A DNA stretch of 12,831 bases from Oligoflexus sp. (GTDB taxonomy: Bacteria; Bdellovibrionota_B; Oligoflexia; Oligoflexales; Oligoflexaceae), in contig JBGSTX010000335.1 in assembly GCA_041736305.1 (NCBI GenBank), positions 1 to 12,831 of the forward strand. The letters run 5' to 3'. The notes under the pieces are model-generated. The model saw only the letters and a program-made list of their open reading frames with translations. It was not told the DNA's origin and did not search any database. Every line of letters starts with the position of its first letter. The first letter of the stretch is position 1. Made by a program: the position numbers and the translations under genes. Positions 6,544 through 12,831 of the stretch are shown in pieces.

Positions 6544-7894
6544 GCTTCGCTTGTTTACATTCATGCTGCAGCTCTGCTGTTTTTCCCGGGGCTCGTTCGC
6601 CGAAAATACCATTAAAAAAGACATTCCCCACGAGAAAATTCTGCTCCAGTTAGGTAGTAGCCAGGAGATTCAGTTAGCTCCCGAGAGTTCTCTCCGTCTC
6701 AGTCAGAAGAAAATAGTAGAAATAGAAACGCTGAGCCCAGAGCGCTTTCGGCTCCTGGCGGTACGCAAGGGTATCGTCTACCTACGAGCGCTCAGTGCCG
6801 AAGGACTTCTCCTTCGCAGCTGGCTGCTGGAAGTCGAAGCTCCCTCTCCTCAGGAGCTAAAAGCCGAAGAAAATGAGGAGGAATGGTATGCGGCCTTCTG
6901 TCTAGAAAAAGGTGTCAGCTGCGTGAGAACAAGTCGAACTGTAAGGGGTGAAACCGAGTCCCTTTCCTGGTTGCACCGCATGCGGAAACGCTGTGAAAAA
7001 GAGCCGCCTTGCCGCTTTGAAGTTCAGCTGAGCGCCGCCGCTCAGGATCGATGGCGAGACACTCTCGAGCAGGAGTGGGGGCAGGGGCCGCTCGAGCTTG
7101 CTGCGGATGGTTTCGTTATCAGCCGCAGCTCTTGCAAAAAAGACGATACAGCGAGCCTCAAGACCGCCGTTGAAAGCTTTAGAAATCTCTTGGCAACAAG
7201 GTACGGAGCACCCTTCATCCAGCCTTGTCGCCGACAGGAACAGGAGGCCTACGTTCTGGATATCGTAGCCCTTGCCCAAAGAAGCGACGGTGCCCAGCGC
7301 GACAATCCTCTCGACTGGCAGGGTCTTGCCTTGCCTCCTGAACTGCCGTTTAAAGCGCTTATTCGTGGTCTTTCCGAATCGGGTCGCGCACATATCTTGG
7401 CCCAGCCTTTGGTGCAGCTGAGCGAAGGGGGGGAAGTTCTTATCTCTGATGGTTTTGAAATCCAGACTCTAGCCTATGCGGACGGCAGAAGCGAAAGTGC
7501 TTGGAAAGCTGTGGGCTTCACCCTCCGCTGTGCCTATCTCGAACAGAGGGAAGACAAGGCTCACGTGAAGATCGAACTCCAGCTGAGTCGGCCCCGCTCG
7601 GGGAACCTCGACATGAGCCGTCTCGAGACCGAGACCTGGCTGAAACTCCAGCAATGGCAGCTCGTAGGCCGGATTCAAGCTCGTACGGACGGTGAAGAAC
7701 ATTCCGCGCTCCCTTGGTTCGTGTCGATCCCTTTTCTGGGACCTCTTTTTCGCTGGAGCGTCGATCAAAAAGCGACGAGTGAGGTATCGCTCTTTGTCAG
7801 AATGCGCAGCCTGAACGCCGAGTTCGATCAAAGTCAGACAAAAATCGACGAGCTGGGCCAGATTCGCCTTAAAGCGGAGTCTGCTGCCCCTTGA
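6536..7894 (+). CDS. Secretin, CpaC/RcpA (Tad) type, divergent
   Basis: Signal peptide ending in SFA. The N-domain ILLQLGSSQEIQL...IVEIETLSPERFRLLAVRKGIVYL resembles the pilus-formation N-terminal domain of CpaC/RcpA. The C-terminus has secretin signatures LSESGRAHILAQPLVQLSEGGE, GFEI, VGFTL, LPWFVSIPFLGPLFR and SEVSLFV. Confidence 0.85.
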   Translation: MTRLRLFTFMLQLCCFSRGSFAENTIKKDIPHEKILLQLGSSQEIQLAPESSLRLSQKKIVEIETLSPERFRLLAVRKGIVYLRALSAEGLLLRSWLLEVEAPSPQELKAEENEEEWYAAFCLEKGVSCVRTSRTVRGETESLSWLHRMRKRCEKEPPCRFEVQLSAAAQDRWRDTLEQEWGQGPLELAADGFVISRSSCKKDDTASLKTAVESFRNLLATRYGAPFIQPCRRQEQEAYVLDIVALAQRSDGAQRDNPLDWQGLALPPELPFKALIRGLSESGRAHILAQPLVQLSEGGEVLISDGFEIQTLAYADGRSESAWKAVGFTLRCAYLEQREDKAHVKIELQLSRPRSGNLDMSRLETETWLKLQQWQLVGRIQARTDGEEHSALPWFVSIPFLGPLFRWSVDQKATSEVSLFVRMRSLNAEFDQSQTKIDELGQIRLKAESAAP

Positions 7895-8876
7895 GCTCAT
7901 GATAAGGTTGATTCCAACGGAAGGGGATCACGTGATCGAGCGATGAGTGCCCGAGAAGGAGGGCCAGCAAGCGATCGAAACCTAGAGCATTGCCGCAGGA
8001 AGATGGCAAACCTTTAGCTAAAGCCGCATAGAAATCCAGGTCATCAGGTACAGCAGCTAAACCCAAAGCTCTTCGCTGCTCATGACTCTTTTGAATGCGC
8101 TCGACGTTGATCTGTGGATCGGTCAGTTCGTCAAAGGCATTGCAGAGTTCCACACCCTTCAAATAAAGCTCAAAGCGCTGCGCCCTTTGATCCAGAACCC
8201 GCGCCAAGGCACACTGGGAAGCTGGGTAATCGTAGAGGAAGACCGCGTCGAGCTTTCTAAGCTCCGGTTCGATGACATCGATAAGGATCTTAAAATAAGC
8301 ATCTTCAAAGCTGTCGTCTTCCCGAATCGAGCCATAGCCGAGCGCTCGACCTTTGGCGGCTAGATTCTGGTCACCGTCCACGAGGTCGATGCGTGCCCAG
8401 CGCGTGAAAGCTTCGAAGATAGAAATGCGAGAAATTTCAGCGGGAGGTATCCAGGTGTCGGCATAGAAACGCTTCAAGGTCTGCGCTACTTCAGAAACCA
8501 TCTCTTGGGTAAGGTCCATAAATTTCGGCAGAGAAATGCCTGCTTCATACCATTCGAGCATAGTGAACTCGGGATGGTGCCAGGGGCTCAGCTCACCCCC
8601 GTTTCTAAAGCATTTACCGAGCTGATAGACCCGGCCGAGTCCTTGGGCTAGAGCCTGCTTCAGATGAAGTTCGGGACTTGAGCGAAGAAAGAGTGGATGC
8701 TTTTTTCCGGCAAAATCCACCCAGTCGCTCGCAAAGTAGCGAAGATGAACTTCTGTTCCTGGGCTCAGAACGGCGATAGGGGTATCGATGGAAAGATACC
8801 CCCTTGCCCTGAGAAAACTATGTATAGCGTCCTGAAGGAGCTGGCGCGCTTCAAGGACGCTTCGAAGAGTTTGCAT
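7869..8876 (-). CDS. epmA: EF-P lysine aminoacylase (EpmA/GenX/PoxA)
   Basis: Class II LysRS-like catalytic domain with no anticodon-binding domain: LRSSPELHLK, FRNGGELSPWHHPEFTMLEWY, YDYPASQCALA, RFELY, ELCNAFDELTD, GNALGFDRL. Start moved to ATG 8876 (GAGGA SD, 13 bp after the upstream stop), giving 335 aa. Confidence 0.95.
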   Translation of the reverse strand: MQTLRSVLEARQLLQDAIHSFLRARGYLSIDTPIAVLSPGTEVHLRYFASDWVDFAGKKHPLFLRSSPELHLKQALAQGLGRVYQLGKCFRNGGELSPWHHPEFTMLEWYEAGISLPKFMDLTQEMVSEVAQTLKRFYADTWIPPAEISRISIFEAFTRWARIDLVDGDQNLAAKGRALGYGSIREDDSFEDAYFKILIDVIEPELRKLDAVFLYDYPASQCALARVLDQRAQRFELYLKGVELCNAFDELTDPQINVERIQKSHEQRRALGLAAVPDDLDFYAALAKGLPSSCGNALGFDRLLALLLGHSSLDHVIPFRWNQPYHELKGQQTPL

Positions 8877-8889
8877 CGCGTCCTCAATC

Positions 8890-11391
8890 TCAGTCGTGCT
8901 CGACGGATTTGACCTTGTCGAGCCAACGAACAATCTTGTCCAGAGCGCTGCCCTTAGCAATTTTGTCGTTTTTATGAACGTCTTTGATGCCGAGAGGAGT
9001 CCCTGTCGCTATCTCAAAGGCTTCGGAAATATGCCGCACAGGTACGACCTTGAGGCGACCCGCCGCCACCGCTTCCCTAGCTTTTTTATGCAGCATGAGA
9101 TTCTGGACGTTGGCATGCGGAATGATGACCGTATAGTCCTTGCTCTTACCAATCAGCTCGCAGATCTTGTAGAAACCTTCGATCTTTTCGTTCACACCAC
9201 CGATGGTCTGCACGTCACCGAACTGGTTCATTGAACCCGTAATTGCCAGGTTTTGCTTGATTGGAATGTGGGAAAGCGAACTCAAAATAGCCAAAACCTC
9301 GGCAAGAGTCGCGCTGTCCCCATCGATCGGACCGTAGCTCTGCTCAAAAGCCACGCTGGCGCCGAAGCTATAGACCCGCTCGCGCGGCAGCAGCACTTTG
9401 AAGAAGCCGCCGATGATCATGACAGCCTTGCCGTGCAGCTTGCCCGACATCCGCGCTTCACGCTCGATGTTCATGATCCCGCGTTTGCTGGGCCAGGTGG
9501 TGCAGGTGATCCGGCTGATCTTGCCGAAGGAATAGTCCGCGTAGTCGTAAACAGCCAGACCATTGATCTGACCCACGCGCAGTCCATCGACGCTGATGAG
9601 GATGTCCTGCTGTTTGATCAGACGAAAGAGATATTCTTCCTGCAAATTGAGTCGATAGTACTTGAGGTCCAGCGCCTGCTCAACATCCTCGCGCTTGACG
9701 ACGGTATGCCCCTGCTCTTTGGCGATGAAGTCGGCTTCGATCGTCAAGTCCTTGATTTCGCCGAACTGGGTTGAGAGCAGATTCTGATCTTCGATCAAGC
9801 GCGAGCCATATTCAACGATCGCTGCCACGCCCGAGCGGTCGAAGGGCAAGAGCTCCTCAAGATGCGCGCGGGTTGCGATGAAGGAGACGTAGGCGTGAAC
9901 GTTCTCGGGAGAGCGCTCCATTTTGAAGTCAAAATCAGCTTTGATCTTGAATATCTTTTGGAACTCTTCGTCTTCTTGATAGAGGACGTGGTAGATCTCG
10001 TCAGTCCCGATCAGGATAACCTTAAGTTCGAGCGGCACCGGATCAGGCCGTAGACCAGAGGTCGGCAGCAGCGAATACTGCTCGCCCATATCTTCGATGA
10101 AACCCTTGCGATTGCGCAGGATGCGCTTCAACGATTCCCAGATATTGCCAGTCCGAAAAATATCGATAGCGTTGAGGACGAGGTAGCCACCGTTGGCCTT
10201 GTGGATCGATCCTGCTTTGATCATCGTAAAGTCGGTGAGATACATGCCATGTTCGACGTTTTTTTCGATCTTGCCGAAGAGGTTGTAGTAGGTGGGATTG
10301 TTTTCGATGATGACCGGAGCTTTTTCGGTTTTGCTGTTATCGACGAATACGTTGATCTTGTATTTGGTGAACTTATCTTTGTCTTCAATACTGTAAAGAG
10401 CGTCTTCGGCAGTGGCGCTGCCACTGTCCTCTTCGACGAACTCGAGGAGGTTTTCCTTAACGTCTTCCGTAACTTGATCCAGATATTCGAGAATATCCGA
10501 AAATTCCGCATATTCTTCGGCCAGCGGCTGGATGAGAGCCTTGATGATCTGCTCGCCGATGGAGTTGCGCAGATTCTCCAGCTGTTCGCTCATATCCTTG
10601 TCGATAGCCCGGACCTTGCGGGCGAAGTCGAGCACTTCGGGCTCGAGTTCTGATCGTCTGCCTTCGATTTCCTGACGCTCGTCTTCGTTGAGCTTGGAAT
10701 AATCCCGCTCCGTCAGAGGCCTGCCGTCCATAACCGGGATGGTTTCGATACCGACGCGGGTCGACTTGATGACGAAATCATTGGTCTTGGCCGATTTCTC
10801 TAGATCACTGAAGAGCTTTGACTTGATGTCGTTAGCTGAGGATATGTAGGTATTGACGGCATTTTCGTAGTCTTCACTCTGGAGAGCGACCGGAATTTCG
10901 GAACGCAGAGCTTTGACCAGCAGCTCCATGTTCTTTTTGAGTTTGCGGCCTTCACCACGCGGTAGCTTGATGATCTTCGGCACTTCAGTATCGGCGAAGT
11001 TGTAGATGTAGATCCAGTCGCTAGGTTGCTGAGAATGCGCTGACCAGCGTTCGAGGAACTGCCTGATGACACTGGTCTTGCCAGTGCCCTCAATTCCTGC
11101 AACGTATATATTATAGCCTGGCCGCTGGATCGACAGCCCCATGTTGATCGCTCGGATAGCTCGATCCTGCGCAATGATGTCATGCGAAGGTTCAAGCGCC
11201 TGAGTCGTCTTAAACTGAAAATTGTCGCTCGCACAGTTGGCATATACCTGGCTGGCATCAAGCGGTTCCGCCGGATACTGGATAGGGTTTTCCGGGTAGG
11301 ACTGGCTTACTTGCTTGGGAAGAGATGTAGCGACTTTCGAAGTGCGGGACTTGGAACTGGGTTTTGATTTTTTTTGGGGGGAGCGGCTCAA
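8890..11391 (-). CDS. Lon-like protease, LonC/YcbZ type (AAA-like module with helical insertions plus S16 protease domain)
   Basis: AQDRA, Walker A GIEGTGKT, DWIYIYNF, NPTYYNLFGKIE, GSIHKANGGYLVL, VGQINGL, FEQSYGPIDGDSA (catalytic Ser) and GGVNEKIEGF with the Lys exactly 43 residues after the Ser. TTG start with GGAG upstream. Confidence 0.93.
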   Translation of the reverse strand: MSRSPQKKSKPSSKSRTSKVATSLPKQVSQSYPENPIQYPAEPLDASQVYANCASDNFQFKTTQALEPSHDIIAQDRAIRAINMGLSIQRPGYNIYVAGIEGTGKTSVIRQFLERWSAHSQQPSDWIYIYNFADTEVPKIIKLPRGEGRKLKKNMELLVKALRSEIPVALQSEDYENAVNTYISSANDIKSKLFSDLEKSAKTNDFVIKSTRVGIETIPVMDGRPLTERDYSKLNEDERQEIEGRRSELEPEVLDFARKVRAIDKDMSEQLENLRNSIGEQIIKALIQPLAEEYAEFSDILEYLDQVTEDVKENLLEFVEEDSGSATAEDALYSIEDKDKFTKYKINVFVDNSKTEKAPVIIENNPTYYNLFGKIEKNVEHGMYLTDFTMIKAGSIHKANGGYLVLNAIDIFRTGNIWESLKRILRNRKGFIEDMGEQYSLLPTSGLRPDPVPLELKVILIGTDEIYHVLYQEDEEFQKIFKIKADFDFKMERSPENVHAYVSFIATRAHLEELLPFDRSGVAAIVEYGSRLIEDQNLLSTQFGEIKDLTIEADFIAKEQGHTVVKREDVEQALDLKYYRLNLQEEYLFRLIKQQDILISVDGLRVGQINGLAVYDYADYSFGKISRITCTTWPSKRGIMNIEREARMSGKLHGKAVMIIGGFFKVLLPRERVYSFGASVAFEQSYGPIDGDSATLAEVLAILSSLSHIPIKQNLAITGSMNQFGDVQTIGGVNEKIEGFYKICELIGKSKDYTVIIPHANVQNLMLHKKAREAVAAGRLKVVPVRHISEAFEIATGTPLGIKDVHKNDKIAKGSALDKIVRWLDKVKSVEHD

Positions 11392-11453
11392 GTTCGATAC
11401 TTCTCCGAGTTACGACCTGAAGCCGGTCCCTATCTTGGGGCTCAGCTCAGGTC

Positions 11454-12164
11454 TTAAACAAATACATCCATGACTTCGGTGAGTCTGAAGTCTCCTGCCA
11501 CTTCATTAAGCTTAGGAGACAAGTCGAACTCCATGGCCGCAGGCTTCAATCTCAGCAAAAGGTTGGTTAGAAATTTCTCACCTTTGCCATTTGCTTCCGT
11601 GAGAAAATAGTCTCCATAGGCATCAAGAAAGTCAAGCGCGTCTTCTACTGATTCTCGACTAGGTGAGTCCATGAGGTGTTGAATACCCCTTTGTAACCAC
11701 TGCGAGAGTTCTTGGAAATTGATGCGCTCCTTGATGCCAATCCGCAGGCAGTCATTGCAGATACGGCTTTTAATGTCGCAAGGGAGCAACTTGATATAGT
11801 TCCCGTAGGTATAATTCAAGGTGCGGTAAGCGCCCCGACGATTTTTGGACATCTCCATGCTACGGACTTTATCCATCACCTGCTCGTAAGCACCGATAGC
11901 TGCCACGATAGCCTTACGCTCGCGTTCCTGCAACGCTTCAAGCGCAGCTTTGTGGCGATCGCGGAGAACCATATAAGCTTTGTGGACTTCGTTATAGCTC
12001 AAAGGATCGTGGACATCTGGATTTTTGCTGATAGCCTCTGTCAGAACCTCCACTACGTGGGGCACTTTAGTGCTCGTTTGTTCAGCGATTTGGACCAAGC
12101 TCCATTTGACCCCATCTGGCCAAATTCTGAGCGCGCGTTCCAAATCCAAAATAAAATCCAGCAT
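11454..12164 (-). CDS. Hypothetical all-alpha cytoplasmic protein
   Basis: 236-aa ORF with AAGGGGG SD before TTG-ATG (ATG 12164 preferred) and a good promoter upstream. No signal peptide. Co-oriented with the Lon-like gene. Confidence 0.85.
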   Translation of the reverse strand: MLDFILDLERALRIWPDGVKWSLVQIAEQTSTKVPHVVEVLTEAISKNPDVHDPLSYNEVHKAYMVLRDRHKAALEALQERERKAIVAAIGAYEQVMDKVRSMEMSKNRRGAYRTLNYTYGNYIKLLPCDIKSRICNDCLRIGIKERINFQELSQWLQRGIQHLMDSPSRESVEDALDFLDAYGDYFLTEANGKGEKFLTNLLLRLKPAAMEFDLSPKLNEVAGDFRLTEVMDVFV

Positions 12165-12238
12165 CAACGCCCCCTTAGAAAAAAAGGAAATAAGCGAGAA
12201 CTAAGCTCTTAGAAATTCTTAATTTTGCTCTTTGAAAT

Positions 12239-12267
12239 AGCTTACTGAGGAGCGGTTGGAATTGCAA
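12239..12267 (-). promoter_or_regulatory. Sigma70-like promoter for the hypothetical-lonC-epmA run
   Basis: Minus strand reads TTGCAA (12267-12262), 17 bp, TAAGCT (12244-12239), with A-rich sequence upstream of the -35. Confidence 0.6.
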
Positions 12268-12449
12268 AGATTTTGGAATAGATTGGCGCAGCCGGAGTGA
12301 GGTAGGTTGCGGCATCTCTGTGGAAGCTGAACAGTAAATGATCCTTCCTTGGTTTTCTGCAAGTTGAACTTTTTTTTTAAAGGGTGGAGTCGCGAAGCCT
12401 TTGGGCTATCGATATTTGCTAGAAGAGGAGAAAAAGATGGGGATGGAGG

Positions 12450-12494
12450 CCAGAGAGAAACAGAGGCGGAACTCCACTGAAGTGAGAACCGCTC
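12450..12494 (-). terminator. Possible intrinsic terminator of the small basic ORF transcript
   Basis: Minus-strand imperfect hairpin GAGCGGTTCTCAC-TTCA-GTGGAGTTCCGCCTC followed by the pyrimidine run TGTTTCTCTCT. The U tract is imperfect. Confidence 0.4.
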
Positions 12495-12499
12495 GTAGT

Positions 12500-12556
12500 G
12501 ACTGTCTCACGAACAATAAATGAAACAGTCGACAGAGGGGTCTTGCAACTCCCTCT
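12500..12556 (-). other. Two adjacent stem-loops in the 3' UTR of the small basic ORF
   Basis: AGAGGG-A-GTT-GCAA-GAC-CCCTCT (12556-12534, GNRA tetraloop) and GACTGTTTCA-N11-TGAGACAGTC (12530-12500, 10-bp stem). Each has a G-U pair that forms only on the minus-strand RNA. Confidence 0.6.
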
Positions 12557-12570
12557 CAACTTATCGTCAC

Positions 12571-12675
12571 TTATTTCGAGCGCAATGCCCGACGCTGACG
12601 CATCATGCGACGCTTCTTGCGACCGACCTTACGACGACCTTTGGGATGCTTTCTTTTATGTCTTGAGCCGTGCAA
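12571..12675 (-). CDS. 34-aa highly basic small protein, MHGSRHKRKHPKGRRKVGRKKRRMMRQRRALRSK
   Basis: Below the ORF-track length cutoff. TTG start with GGAG SD 6 nt upstream and a TAA stop. 11 Arg, 7 Lys, 3 His, no Asp/Glu. Eight of 11 Arg codons are CGT/CGC. Has its own promoter and 3' hairpins. Confidence 0.8.
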   Translation of the reverse strand: MHGSRHKRKHPKGRRKVGRKKRRMMRQRRALRSK

Positions 12676-12715
12676 TGTTCACTCCACACGCTAAAGGTTA
12701 GTGACGAGAGGCAGG

Positions 12716-12744
12716 AGCCTACCCAGTCGTTTCTCAAAAGGCAA
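12716..12744 (-). promoter_or_regulatory. Sigma70-like promoter of the small basic ORF
   Basis: Minus strand reads TTGCCT (12744-12739), 17 bp, TAGGCT (12721-12716). An A tract (CAACAAAAATC) lies upstream and GC-rich CCTGCC follows the -10. Confidence 0.6.
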
Positions 12745-12831
12745 GATTTTTGTTGCTCCTGAGAACCTTCCCAGGGCACACTGTCAATATAACTTTATCA
12801 CTAGTTACTATGCTAGGCGCACGATTCGAGC

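Noticed and set aside
8877-8960. Longer N-terminus of epmA
   Set aside because: It overlaps the protease gene. ATG 8876 has an SD and gives a normal EpmA length.
11368-11381. C6-A8 run (coding strand) near the start of the Lon-like gene as a phase-variation or frameshift site
   Set aside because: The runs are short, the frame is intact and they are explained by Pro-Gln-Lys-Lys codons.
130-12212. Many alternative-frame and antisense ORFs (e.g. 383-760, 1067-1516, 2168-2587, 4241-4600, 6902-7393, 9253-9774, 10201-10653, 11712-12212)
   Set aside because: They overlap better-supported genes and show no recognisable motifs, as expected for shadow ORFs.
12498-12701. 67-aa plus-strand ORF with a DASCDASCD-like repeat
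   Set aside because: It is the antisense shadow of the repetitive Arg/Lys/Met codons of the 34-aa ORF. The promoter, SD and hairpin polarity all favour the minus strand.
12782-12787. Perfect TTGACA on the minus strand
   Set aside because: No credible -10 element 16-18 bp downstream.
12168-12831. tRNA, CRISPR array, riboswitch or IS ends in the long right-hand non-coding region
   Set aside because: I saw no cloverleaf or T-loop consensus, regularly spaced repeats, recognisable aptamer or terminal inverted repeats. An Rfam scan would be needed to exclude them formally.

Overview
Bacterial chromosomal window of roughly 50% GC. Gene content suggests a Bdellovibrionota/Oligoflexia-like or other deltaproteobacteria-like organism (inference only). 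From left to right it holds: (1) a minus-strand mevalonate cluster: type-2 IPP isomerase with an extra ~96-aa N-terminal domain, class II HMG-CoA reductase with a short C-terminus, and a partial GHMP kinase absent from the ORF track; (2) a small Cys-containing exported protein coupled to an atypical SDR; (3) two tandem orphan lipoproteins; (4) a four-gene, highly diverged Tad-like module (two pseudopilin-like genes, a CpaB-like gene, a CpaC/RcpA-type secretin) with no ATPase, platform or Flp gene beside it; (5) a minus-strand run of hypothetical protein, LonC-type protease and epmA; (6) an unannotated 34-aa extremely basic ORF with its own sigma70-like promoter, a Shine-Dalgarno (SD) sequence and three tandem 3' hairpins. 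I found no tRNA, rRNA, CRISPR array or mobile element. The best novelty candidates are the 34-aa basic protein unit, the IDI-2 fusion domain and the stand-alone Tad-like module. All family calls come from motifs recognised by eye, not from searches.
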